Positions 1 to 6,676 of a stretch of DNA of 32,000 nt are shown in pieces (the stretch's first letter is position 1; each line of letters starts with the position of its first letter). Under the pieces are notes generated by a model that was not told where the DNA came from, ran no database searches, and was given only the letters and a program-made list of their open reading frames with translations. The position numbers and the translations under genes were made by a program. The DNA comes from Paradevosia tibetensis (GTDB taxonomy: Bacteria; Pseudomonadota; Alphaproteobacteria; Rhizobiales; Devosiaceae): positions 1,333,260-1,365,259 of the forward strand of contig NZ_CP041690.1 of the NCBI RefSeq assembly GCF_008000755.1. Direction: 5' to 3'.

Positions 1-46
1 CTCTGGCAGGTTTCCCCCGTTCATAAACTCAATCAAGGATTTGACC

Positions 47-1201
47 ATGCCCAATTGGCTGACCCGCCTCGCCGGCGGGCGACGGGACGCGCCGGTGGAA
101 CGCAAGTCGAGCGGCGGCGGGACGGTGTTTTCGCTCACGCAGTTGGGCGAGGCGAACTGGACGCGGCGAGGCTTCTCGAGCCTCGTCAACGAGGGCTTCG
201 CCAAGAACCCGGTAGTCTACCGCTGTGTGCGCATGGTGGCCGAGGCGGCCAATTCGGTGCCGCTGGTGGTCGAGGAAAACGGCAGGCGGGTAAGCGATCA
301 CCCGGTGCTGCAATTGCTCCGCCGCCCCAATCCGCGCCAGTCGGGGAGCGAACTGCTGGAGGCGGTGTATTCGTACCTGCAGACGGCGGGAAACGCCTAT
401 CTCGAAGCGGCGATCGTCGAGGGCGAGGTCAAGGGGCTCTTCGCGCTGCGGCCGGACCGCATGAAGGTGGTGGCGGGCCGCGACGGCTGGGCCTCGGCCT
501 ATGCCTATACGGTGGGCTCGAAGACGCGGCAGCTGAGCCAGGAGCCGGCGCCGATCCCGAAAGTGCTGCATATGGCGCTGTTCCACCCGCTCGACGACCA
601 CTACGGCATGGCTCCGCTCGAGGCAGCGCAGCAGAGCCTCGACATCCACAACGCCTCCGCCCTCTGGAACAAGGCGCTGCTCGACAACGCGGCCCGGCCT
701 TCTGGGGCGCTGGTCTATTCGATGGGGGCGGGGAATCTGACGCCCGACCAGTTCGACAGGCTCAAGGACGAGTTGGAGGAACAGTTTGCCGGCGCTGCAA
801 ATGCCGGGCGGCCGATGGTGCTGGAAGGCGGGCTCGACTGGAAGACCATCGCGCTTTCGCCCCGGGACATGGATTTCATCGAGGCGCGGCACGGCGCGGC
901 GCGCGATATCGCGCTGGCGTTCGGCGTGCCGCCGATGCTGCTCGGGCTGCCGGGGGACAACACCTATTCGAACATGGTCGAGGCCAACCGGGCGCTGTGG
1001 CGGCAGACGGTGATGCCGCTGGTGCGGCGGGTGGCGGACGATCTGAGCTACTGGCTGGCGCCGGCGTTTGGCGGGGTGAGCGTGGTCGCGGACTTCGATG
1101 GCGTCGAGGCGCTGGCGGAGGATCGCGCGGCACTCTGGGAGCGGGTGGGGGGCGCTGGGTTCCTCAGTGATGAGGAGAAGCGGGGGATGCTGGGGGTTTA
1201 G
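47..1201 (+). CDS. Phage portal protein, HK97 family (GTA g3)
   Basis: The track ORF 41..1201 has portal-like motifs (NPVVYRCVRMVAEAANSVPL; LEGGLDWKTIALSPRDMDFIEARHGAARDIALAFGVPPMLLG) and strong GC3 bias. ATG at 47 has AAGGA 7 nt upstream; TTG at 41 is the alternative start. Stop is TAG 1199-1201. Confidence 0.94.
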   Translation: MPNWLTRLAGGRRDAPVERKSSGGGTVFSLTQLGEANWTRRGFSSLVNEGFAKNPVVYRCVRMVAEAANSVPLVVEENGRRVSDHPVLQLLRRPNPRQSGSELLEAVYSYLQTAGNAYLEAAIVEGEVKGLFALRPDRMKVVAGRDGWASAYAYTVGSKTRQLSQEPAPIPKVLHMALFHPLDDHYGMAPLEAAQQSLDIHNASALWNKALLDNAARPSGALVYSMGAGNLTPDQFDRLKDELEEQFAGAANAGRPMVLEGGLDWKTIALSPRDMDFIEARHGAARDIALAFGVPPMLLGLPGDNTYSNMVEANRALWRQTVMPLVRRVADDLSYWLAPAFGGVSVVADFDGVEALAEDRAALWERVGGAGFLSDEEKRGMLGV

Positions 1202-1223
1202 GTGGGACAAGTGCTTGGGGCAG

Positions 1224-1347
1224 CCCCTCACCCGGCGCTGCGCGCCACCCTTTCCCCGAGGGGGCGAGGGTTGGGAGCGTGTTGCGCTTGCCCCAACGAA
1301 AACCCTCGCCCCGTCGGGGAGAGGGTGCCCGGCAGGGCGGTGAGGGG
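1224..1347. repeat. Inverted pair of GC-rich hairpin repeats (family 2)
   Basis: 1224-1272 (cccctcacccggcgctgcgcgccaccctttccccgagggggcgagggtt) closely matches the reverse complement of 1301-1347. Each arm has an internal hairpin of the CCCTCnCCCC-loop-GGGGnGAGGG type. Confidence 0.8.
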
Positions 1348-1371
1348 TCGCAAGGGTGAGATCTCGATTTT

Positions 1372-1472
1372 GGCTCACCCCCACCCTCAATCCCTCCCCA
1401 CAAGGGGAGGGAAGCCTTGAGGCACGGTCGAGCCAGCAGGCCTCCCTCTCCCTTGTGAGGAGGGGTCGAGCC
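1372..1472 (-). repeat. Composite GC-rich hairpin repeat (family 1), full unit in reverse orientation with an internal deletion in one arm
   Basis: The reverse complement aligns along its length with the units at 4601-4714 and 9313-9423. One arm is ggctcacccccaccctcaatccctccccacaaggggagggaag; the other is a truncated arm at 1432-1472. Core hairpin is CCCTCCCC-ACAA-GGGGAGGG. Confidence 0.85.
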
Positions 1473-1483
1473 ACAAACGCAAT

Positions 1484-1687
1484 ATGGAGACATCCATGGA
1501 CGAGCTAACCCGCAGCGTGGTCGCGCGCGGTGACCTGGCGCATCTGGCGCTGTTTTTGTGGGCGACGATGAGCTCGACGCTGCTGGTCTGGGCGCTGCGC
1601 GAGCTGGCGGCGGCCAGTAAGCGGTTCAACGATTTCGTGCACGAGATCGCCACGATCAATCAGCTTTTCAGACGGAAGGACGAGTGA
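1484..1687 (+). CDS. Small hydrophobic protein in the position of GTA g3.5
   Basis: 67-codon ORF with high GC3 and one hydrophobic helix (LAHLALFLWATMSSTLLVWAL). It sits between portal and protease, as g3.5 does in RcGTA. The alternative start ATG 1496 has GGAGA 5 nt upstream. Confidence 0.55.
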   Translation: METSMDELTRSVVARGDLAHLALFLWATMSSTLLVWALRELAAASKRFNDFVHEIATINQLFRRKDE

Positions 1688-1815
1688 TGGCGGAAAAGAC
1701 CAATTCCGAGGCCAACCAGGTGTTCCGGCAGTTTGCCTGGAACCTGGCGGGCACGCTGGCGAGCGTGAAGGCCGGGCAGCGCCCGCAGGCCGGCAAGGGC
1801 GGGAGCAAGCGGTGA
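1687..1815 (+). CDS. 42-codon micro-ORF (MAEKTNSEANQVFRQFAWNLAGTLASVKAGQRPQAGKGGSKR), not in the ORF track
   Basis: Its ATG at 1687 shares the A of the upstream TGA (TGATG). Its TGA at 1813-1815 overlaps the protease GTG at 1812 (GTGA). By hand count, 39 of 42 third codon positions are G/C. Confidence 0.4.
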   Translation: MAEKTNSEANQVFRQFAWNLAGTLASVKAGQRPQAGKGGSKR

Positions 1816-2303
1816 GCGGCATTCCGATCGACGAGACGGGGCGGTTCGCCGGCTATGCCAGCGTCTTTTCCAGGGTCGACGAGGGCGGCGATATCGTCAT
1901 GCCCGAGGCGTTTGCCAGGAGCCTCAAGCGGCGCGGGACGGAGCGGATCCGGCTCCTCTTCCAGCACGACCCCAAGGAGCCCGTCGGTACCTGGGAGCGG
2001 ATCGTGGAGGACGGGTTCGGGCTCTGGGTGGAAGGGCGGCTGGTGCCGGGCGTTCCGCGCGCCGACGCGCTGCGAAAACTCATCGAGCGCGGGGCCATCG
2101 ACGGGCTGTCCATCGGCTTTCGCACCGTCAGGGCCACGCGCGAGGCGGCGACGGGTTACCGCAAGCTCTGGCAGATCGACCTTTGGGAAATCTCCATCGT
2201 GACTTTCCCGATGATGGAGGGCGCGCGCATCGCGGCGGCCTCTCCGGACGCGCACCTGCAGCGGGCGCTGCAGGCGACGGTTTCTCTCCTCAAAAAACCC
2301 TGA
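1812..2303 (+). CDS. HK97-family prohead protease (GTA g4)
   Basis: Typical family motifs are present: GRFAGYASVFSRVDEGGDIVMPEAF, LLFQHDPKEPVG, GLSIGF, LWEISIVTFPM. GTG start; stop TGA 2301-2303. Confidence 0.92.
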   Translation: MSGIPIDETGRFAGYASVFSRVDEGGDIVMPEAFARSLKRRGTERIRLLFQHDPKEPVGTWERIVEDGFGLWVEGRLVPGVPRADALRKLIERGAIDGLSIGFRTVRATREAATGYRKLWQIDLWEISIVTFPMMEGARIAAASPDAHLQRALQATVSLLKKP

Positions 2304-2316
2304 AGGACTTTACGGC

Positions 2317-3537
2317 ATGACCGAAAAGATGACCGACGGCCTCGAAATCAAGGCCGGAGCGGGCAGTGACGATGCTGCGCTCTTCCAGCTCATGAATGCG
2401 TTCGAGAGCTTCAAGATGGAGAACGACGCGCGGCTCGACCGGCTCGAGAAGCGCGGCGCCAGCGATCCGCTGACCGAGGAAAAGCTCGAGCGCATCAACG
2501 CCGCGCTCGATGGCTACAAGGCCGCCATGGACCGGGCCGCGCTCGACCGCGCGCGCCCCTCGCTCGAGGGTGGGCGCAGCGATGCGGGCGACGAATACAA
2601 GGAGGCCTTTTCGGCCTATGTGAAGCGCGGCGAGGAAAAATCGCTCTCGGTCGGCGTCAATGCCGATGGCGGCTATGTCGTGCCGGGAGAGACCGAGGCC
2701 GAGATCACCCGGCGCCTGACCGAGATCTCGCCGATCCGGGCCATCGCAGGTGTCCGCCAGGTCTCCTCCTCGGTCTACAAGCGCCCGATCTCGATCACCG
2801 GTCCGGCGACGGGCTGGGTGGGTGAAACCGACGCGCGTCCGCAGACGGCGAGCCAGACGATCGATGCGATCAGCTACCCGACGATGGAACTCTACGCCAT
2901 GCCGGCGGCGACCTCGGCCTTTCTCGATGACGCAGCGGTGGATGTGGGCCAGTGGATCGCCGAGGAGGTCAACGCGGCCTTCGCCGAGCAGGAAACGGCG
3001 GCCTTCGTCAACGGCGACGGGGTCAGCAAGCCGACCGGGTTCCTCAGCGCCACGCTCGCGGCCGAAAGCGCCTGGGCGTGGGGCAAGCTCGGCTACGTGG
3101 CGACGGGCGTTTCGGGCGATTTCCCGAGCGATGACCAGTCCGACGTGCTGATCGACCTGGTCTATACGCTCAAGGCCGGCTACCGCCAGAACGCGAGCTG
3201 GGTGATGAACCGGCGCACCCAGGGCGCCATTCGCAAGCTCAAGGATACTGAGGGCAACTACCTCTGGCAGCCGGCGGCGGTGGCGGGCGGCAACGCCACG
3301 CTGCTCGGGTTCAACCTGGTGGAAGCCGAGGACATGCCCGATATCGGCGCGGGAACGACGCCGATCGCCTTCGGCGACTTCCGCCGCGGCTACCTGATCG
3401 TGGACCGCCAGGGCGTCAACGTGCTGCGCGATCCGTTCTCGGCCAAGCCTTATGTGCTGTTCTACACGACCAAGCGCGTGGGCGGCGGCATCGCCGATTT
3501 CGACGCGATCAAGCTGCTCAAGTTCGCGGTGAGCTGA
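2317..3537 (+). CDS. HK97-family major capsid protein (GTA g5)
   Basis: 406 aa with an N-terminal coiled delta-like region followed by the capsid fold (GGYVVP, AMPAATSAFLDDAAVDVGQWIAEEV, NRRTQGAIRKLKD, FGDFRRGYLIVDRQG). AAGGA lies upstream of ATG 2317. Confidence 0.95.
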   Translation: MTEKMTDGLEIKAGAGSDDAALFQLMNAFESFKMENDARLDRLEKRGASDPLTEEKLERINAALDGYKAAMDRAALDRARPSLEGGRSDAGDEYKEAFSAYVKRGEEKSLSVGVNADGGYVVPGETEAEITRRLTEISPIRAIAGVRQVSSSVYKRPISITGPATGWVGETDARPQTASQTIDAISYPTMELYAMPAATSAFLDDAAVDVGQWIAEEVNAAFAEQETAAFVNGDGVSKPTGFLSATLAAESAWAWGKLGYVATGVSGDFPSDDQSDVLIDLVYTLKAGYRQNASWVMNRRTQGAIRKLKDTEGNYLWQPAAVAGGNATLLGFNLVEAEDMPDIGAGTTPIAFGDFRRGYLIVDRQGVNVLRDPFSAKPYVLFYTTKRVGGGIADFDAIKLLKFAVS

Positions 3538-3559
3538 GCCGGCAACGCGCTCTGAGACA

Positions 3560-3655
3560 CCCTCCCCCTTGCGGGGAGGGAACAAGGGTGGGGGTGGGTC
3601 AACTCCCCCCGGGCTCACCTCCACCCTCAATCCCTCCCCACAAGGGGGAGGGAAG
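3560..3655. repeat. Two half-copies of the family-1 hairpin repeat, arms facing each other
   Basis: 3560-3598 is the reverse complement of the cttgtt-type arm (ccctcccccttgcggggagggaacaagggtgggggtg). 3611-3655 is a ctcaat-type arm (gggctcacctccaccctcaatccctccccacaagggggagggaag). Confidence 0.85.
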
Positions 3656-3679
3656 TTCCTCCCAACAAGGATCGACATC

Positions 3680-4246
3680 ATGACCTCTTACCTTCTGGCG
3701 GGACCCGCCCAGGAGCCGGTGACGCTCGCCGAGGCGAAGGCGTTCCTGCGGCTCGATGACGAGGCCGAGGACGGGCTGGTCTCGACCCTCATCACGGCGG
3801 CGCGGCTGCATGTGGAGGGGATCACCGGCCGGGCGCTGCTGGCGCAGAGCTGGCGCGTAGTGCTCGATGCCTGGCCAAGGGACCGGAGCGTGAGGCTCCC
3901 CGTGACCCCGCTCATGAGCGTGGCGGCGGTGACCGCCTATGACGCGGATGGCGTTGGGCACGAGATTGCGCTGGCCCAGTTCTGGCCGGAGAACGGCAGC
4001 CTGCTGCTGCCGCTGAACGTGGCCGGCATGCCGGTGCTGCGCGAGCGGCAGGGCATCGAGGTCGACTACGTCGCCGGCTTCGGCACAGACCCCGAGGACG
4101 TGCCGGCCGATATCCGCCAGGCGCTGCTGGCGCTGGTTGGATACTGGTTCGAACACCGCGACGCGGTGATCGTGGCAGGCTCGGGGGCGGTGGTGCCGAC
4201 CGGGTTCGATCGGCTGGTGGCGCCTTATCGGAGCGTGCGGCTATGA
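3680..4246 (+). CDS. Head-tail connector/adaptor protein (gp6-like, GTA g6)
   Basis: MTSYLLAGPAQEPVTLAEAKAFLRLDDEAEDGLVSTLITAARLHVE is a typical gp6-like N-terminus. ATG 3680 has AAGGA 7 nt upstream. The track ORF start at 3569 lies inside the repeat and is rejected. Confidence 0.85.
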   Translation: MTSYLLAGPAQEPVTLAEAKAFLRLDDEAEDGLVSTLITAARLHVEGITGRALLAQSWRVVLDAWPRDRSVRLPVTPLMSVAAVTAYDADGVGHEIALAQFWPENGSLLLPLNVAGMPVLRERQGIEVDYVAGFGTDPEDVPADIRQALLALVGYWFEHRDAVIVAGSGAVVPTGFDRLVAPYRSVRL

Positions 4247-4584
4247 GCGAGCGCATCCCTTCGATCGGAACCCTGACCGACCGCATCCAGCTGCTGCGGC
4301 GCGAGATGATGAGCGAGCCGGGCGGCGGGCACGTGAAGATCTACATTCCCGTCGCCACCGTATGGTCGCGCGTGCGCCCGCTGTCGGGGCGGCAGGGTGT
4401 AGATGCCGACGGGCGGGGCGTGGTGATGAGCCACGCGGTGGTAATGCGGTTTCGGTCCGACGTGAAGCCTGGGGATCGGGTGGTCTATCGCGGCCGCAAG
4501 CTCGAGGTGGTGACGGCGGGCGATGTGAACGGGCGGCGGGCGTACCTGAGCTGCTCGTGCGCGGAGAGGGCGGTGACGGGATGA
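4243..4584 (+). CDS. Head closure / head-tail adaptor protein (GTA g7)
   Basis: 113 aa with an ATGA overlap onto g6. Pattern is typical of the head-tail joining family (TLTDRIQLLR, VATVWSRVRPLSGRQ, HAVVMRFRSDVKPGDRVVYRGRKLEV). Confidence 0.85.
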   Translation: MSERIPSIGTLTDRIQLLRREMMSEPGGGHVKIYIPVATVWSRVRPLSGRQGVDADGRGVVMSHAVVMRFRSDVKPGDRVVYRGRKLEVVTAGDVNGRRAYLSCSCAERAVTG

Positions 4585-4600
4585 GCGGCGTTGCGTTCGT

Positions 4601-4714
4601 GGCTCACCCCCACCCTTGTTCCCTCCCCACAGGGGGGAGGGAGACCTGCCGGCTTTATGGTGCCCCGTCGCCTCACTCCCCCTTTTGGGCAGAAATCGAG
4701 GGTGGGGCTGCACC
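4601..4714 (+). repeat. Composite GC-rich hairpin repeat (family 1), full unit
   Basis: Aligns end to end with 9313-9423. Left arm is ggctcacccccacccttgttccctccccacaggggggagggagacctgccggc; a degenerate inverted right arm ends in gagggtggggctgcacc, directly abutting the g8 ATG. Confidence 0.85.
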
Positions 4715-5125
4715 ATGACCCATCCGATCACCTCCCTCCAGTCGGCGCTCGTCACAGCCCTTCGCGCCGACGCCGGGCTCACGGCGCTCATCGGGGTCGA
4801 TGCAATCTTCGATGCACCGCCGGTGGGCAACACCGGTAGCTATATCGTGGTGGCCAGGCACGACATGCGGCCGCGCGACGGCGACCTGATGCCGGGTAAC
4901 GAGCATCGGATGCTGCTGCACATCTGGCACGCCGACCCTTCGCGGAAGGCGGCGCTGGAGATTGCCGAGCGCGTGGCGGCGCTGGTGTTCGATGCCGATC
5001 TCGACGATGCCGATCTCGTCGTGACGCACCGGCGCCACGAGGGCACCGAGACGACGATCGACAAGGATACCGGCAGGGCCCGGGCGGCGCTGGCGCTGCG
5101 CTTTTTCTCAGAACCCACATCCTAG
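4715..5125 (+). CDS. DUF3168-type tail terminator/completion protein (GTA g8)
   Basis: MTHPITSLQSALVTALRADAGLTALIG and SYIVVARHDMRP are typical of DUF3168, and the position fits. The track start at 4616 is repeat-derived (MFPPHRGEGD) and rejected. Confidence 0.8.
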   Translation: MTHPITSLQSALVTALRADAGLTALIGVDAIFDAPPVGNTGSYIVVARHDMRPRDGDLMPGNEHRMLLHIWHADPSRKAALEIAERVAALVFDADLDDADLVVTHRRHEGTETTIDKDTGRARAALALRFFSEPTS

Positions 5126-5134
5126 GAGGATCGC

Positions 5135-5548
5135 ATGGCAGCCCAGAGCGGCAAGGACATGCTTTTGAAGCTCGATGCCGACGGTTCGGGCAGTTTTCTC
5201 ACTGTCGCGGGACTGCGCACCCGGACGCTCGCCTTCAACGCGGCGTCCATCGACATCACGGACGCCGAAAGCGCCGGGCGCTGGCGCGAGCTGCTGGCGG
5301 GGGCGGGGGTGAAGAAGGCCTCGGCTTCGGGCTCGGGGATCTTCAAGGACCAGGCCTCGGACGCGGCGATCCGCGAGCTCTTCTTCGGCGGCACCATCCG
5401 CAGCTGGCAGTTGATCCTGCCCGATTTCGGGGTAGTTGAGGGACCGTTCCAGATCACCGCGCTCGAGTTCAAGGGCGACCATGCCGGCGAGGTGACGTTC
5501 GACCTGGCGCTGGAAAGCGCCGGGGCGTTGGCGTTTACGGCGGTTTAG
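5135..5548 (+). CDS. Major tail (tube) protein, TP901-1 family (GTA g9)
   Basis: 137 aa. GKDMLLKLDADGSGSFLTVAGLRTRTLAFNAASIDITDAES and GEVTFDLALESAG are typical. AGGAGGA lies 4 nt upstream of ATG 5135. Confidence 0.9.
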   Translation: MAAQSGKDMLLKLDADGSGSFLTVAGLRTRTLAFNAASIDITDAESAGRWRELLAGAGVKKASASGSGIFKDQASDAAIRELFFGGTIRSWQLILPDFGVVEGPFQITALEFKGDHAGEVTFDLALESAGALAFTAV

Positions 5549-5844
5549 CCTTTTCCGCCGGAGCGGTTCTGCGCGGCGTGATAGACGCGAGTGATGGTAA
5601 TGACCTGCATGCTTTCGCTTTGGTCCAGGTGATAGACGATCACGTAGGGAAGGCCGGGAACGACCTTTTCCAAGAGATCGCCTCTGCTGCGGCGCCCGCT
5701 GACGAAGAGCGCGAGGCCGTCGCCGGTCTCGCGTAATATGTCGGCAACGCGGATCGCCGCGGTGCGGTTGTCCCGCGCGATATGGATGAGCTGGTTCTTG
5801 ATGTCGTTGAGTGCACTTTCAGACCACTGAACCTTGCGCTTCAA
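5545..5844 (-). CDS. Type II toxin, RelE/ParE family
   Basis: 99 aa. WSESALNDIKNQLIHIARDNRTAAIRVADIL and LPYVIVYHLDQSESMQVITITRVYHAAQ match the ParE/RelE pattern. Its start overlaps the antitoxin stop by 4 nt, and its stop overlaps the g9 stop (TTAG). Confidence 0.85.
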   Translation of the reverse strand: MKRKVQWSESALNDIKNQLIHIARDNRTAAIRVADILRETGDGLALFVSGRRSRGDLLEKVVPGLPYVIVYHLDQSESMQVITITRVYHAAQNRSGGKG

Positions 5845-6104
5845 GCCGACTTTCTCCGGCTAGCCTGGTCGATCGCAGCATAGATTTCGGCCATCGCCTC
5901 TTCGTGAGAGACCACTCTGCCGGCTTCGATGTCCTCAATTCCCTCCAGGATGCCTTCGATGATCGGCAGTTCGATCGCGACAAATGCTTCGATCGCCTCC
6001 GCCGCGACGTAAGAGAGGCTGCGCTTTCCGGCCTCGGCGATCTTCTCGAGCTTCGCCTTTGTCTCTTCGGGAATTCTGACGGTGATCGTGGTGGTGGCGG
6101 CCAT
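5841..6104 (-). CDS. Ribbon-helix-helix (CopG/ParD-like) antitoxin
   Basis: MAATTTITVRIPEETKAKLEKIAEAGKRSLSYVAAEAIEAFV is an RHH beta-strand plus helix pattern. ATG at 6104 has AAGGAG 8 nt upstream. The track start at 6134 is a less likely extension. Confidence 0.8.
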   Translation of the reverse strand: MAATTTITVRIPEETKAKLEKIAEAGKRSLSYVAAEAIEAFVAIELPIIEGILEGIEDIEAGRVVSHEEAMAEIYAAIDQASRRKSA

Positions 6105-6116
6105 GGGACGCACTCC

Positions 6117-6146
6117 TTGTGTGCACTTGTACACAACCTAACACAA
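6117..6146 (-). promoter_or_regulatory. Candidate operator/promoter region of the TA cassette
   Basis: ttgtgtGTGCACttGTACAcaa contains the palindromic hexamers GTGCAC and TGTACA. TTGTGT/ACACAA motifs occur at 6117, 6131 and 6141. The region lies just upstream of the antitoxin SD and 10-50 nt from the g10 RBS on the other strand. Confidence 0.3.
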
Positions 6147-6167
6147 ACACTTCACGGAGACCATAAC

Positions 6168-6485
6168 ATGGCCAATCCGCAACGGGGCGAGATCGAGGCG
6201 GTGATCGGAGGCGAGCGGCGGGTGCTGTGCCTGACGCTGGGGGCGCTGGCGGAGCTGGAGGCGCGGCTGCAGGCCGGCGACCTGGTCGGGCTCTCCGAGC
6301 GCTTCGCCGGTGGACGCATCTCGGCACGGGATCTGACGGCGATCATCGGGGCGGGGCTGCGCGGGGCGGGCAATGCCATCGCTGATGACGACCTGGCGCG
6401 CATGGCGATCGAGGGCGGCCTCAAGGGCGCCGCCGAGGTGGCGGCCCGCCTGCTGCGGGCGACGTTCGGGGAGGCGGTGGAGTGA
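6168..6485 (+). CDS. GTA g10-type tail assembly chaperone
   Basis: MANPQRGEIEAVIGGERRVLCLTLGALAELEARL and ARDLTAIIGAGLRGAG are typical of the gene transfer agent family protein. GGAGA lies 8 nt upstream of ATG 6168. The track ORF start at 5811 is antisense to the antitoxin and rejected. Confidence 0.8.
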   Translation: MANPQRGEIEAVIGGERRVLCLTLGALAELEARLQAGDLVGLSERFAGGRISARDLTAIIGAGLRGAGNAIADDDLARMAIEGGLKGAAEVAARLLRATFGEAVE

Positions 6486-6676
6486 AGCCGTTTCCCTGGG
6501 ACGATGCCATGCAGATGGGCTTTGGCGTCATGCGCCTCTCCTCGCGCGAATTCTGGGGGCTGACGCCGCGTGAACTGGCTGCCGCCTTCGGCGCGCTGAG
6601 CGGGCCGGCGACGGCGCCGCCGCGCGAGCGGCTCGACGAGATGATGCTTGCCTTTCCGGATCGAGGGAGAAGTTGA
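6482..6676 (+). CDS. GTA g10.1-type small tail chaperone protein (rcc01693-like)
   Basis: MRLSSREFWGLTPRELAAAF is the typical motif. GTG start overlaps the g10 stop (GTGA) with GGAGG 7 nt upstream. The ORF is in the -1 frame relative to g10. Confidence 0.75.
   Translation: MKPFPWDDAMQMGFGVMRLSSREFWGLTPRELAAAFGALSGPATAPPRERLDEMMLAFPDRGRS

Noticed and set aside
1-26. A possible 3' end of the upstream gene, expected by synteny to be the GTA large terminase. Frame 3 stops at TAA 24-26.
   Set aside because: Only eight codons are visible, so neither identity nor frame can be supported from this window.
1426-1472. The 9-nt direct repeat GGTCGAGCC (1426-1434 and 1464-1472) flanking a hairpin, as a possible target-site duplication.
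   Set aside because: Alignment with the units at 4601 and 9313 shows that both copies correspond to internal parts of the composite repeat (its terminal ggctcacc-like end and its spacer). They are not duplicated flanking target DNA.
29-1474. 481-aa minus-strand ORF antisense to the portal gene. Similar long antisense ORFs occur at 2290..3681, 9520..10758, 11530..12741, 12998..13957, 18086..20062, 27845..29320 and 29646..31064.
   Set aside because: These are shadow ORFs typical of high-GC DNA. Their translations are Arg/Pro/Gly/Ala-rich with no recognisable motifs, while the opposite strand encodes proteins with clear family signatures and GC3 bias.
3569-3679. N-terminal extensions offered by the ORF track for g6 (3569), g8 (4616), g12 (7290) and g15 (9457), and small ORFs such as 4591..4839, 7238..7552 and 9294..10265.
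   Set aside because: The extra residues (PSPQGGG, PPHKGEGD, SPLWGGIEGGGEP and similar) are translations of the intergenic hairpin repeats in various frames. Downstream in-frame ATGs have proper SD boxes and match the expected family N-termini.
5811-6167. The 224-aa + strand ORF 5811..6485, which would give g10 a 119-aa N-terminal extension.
   Set aside because: The extension is antisense to the RHH antitoxin gene and has odd composition. g10-family proteins are about 105 aa, and ATG 6168 has its own GGAGA box.
6420-6490. Programmed -1 ribosomal frameshift joining g10 and g10.1, as in phage G/GT tail chaperones. g10.1 is indeed in the -1 frame, which stays open upstream of 6482.
   Set aside because: I could find no X XXY YYZ slippery heptamer in the last 60 nt of g10, and g10.1 has an independent GTG start with GGAGG 7 nt upstream. 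Not excluded, but not supported by the sequence.
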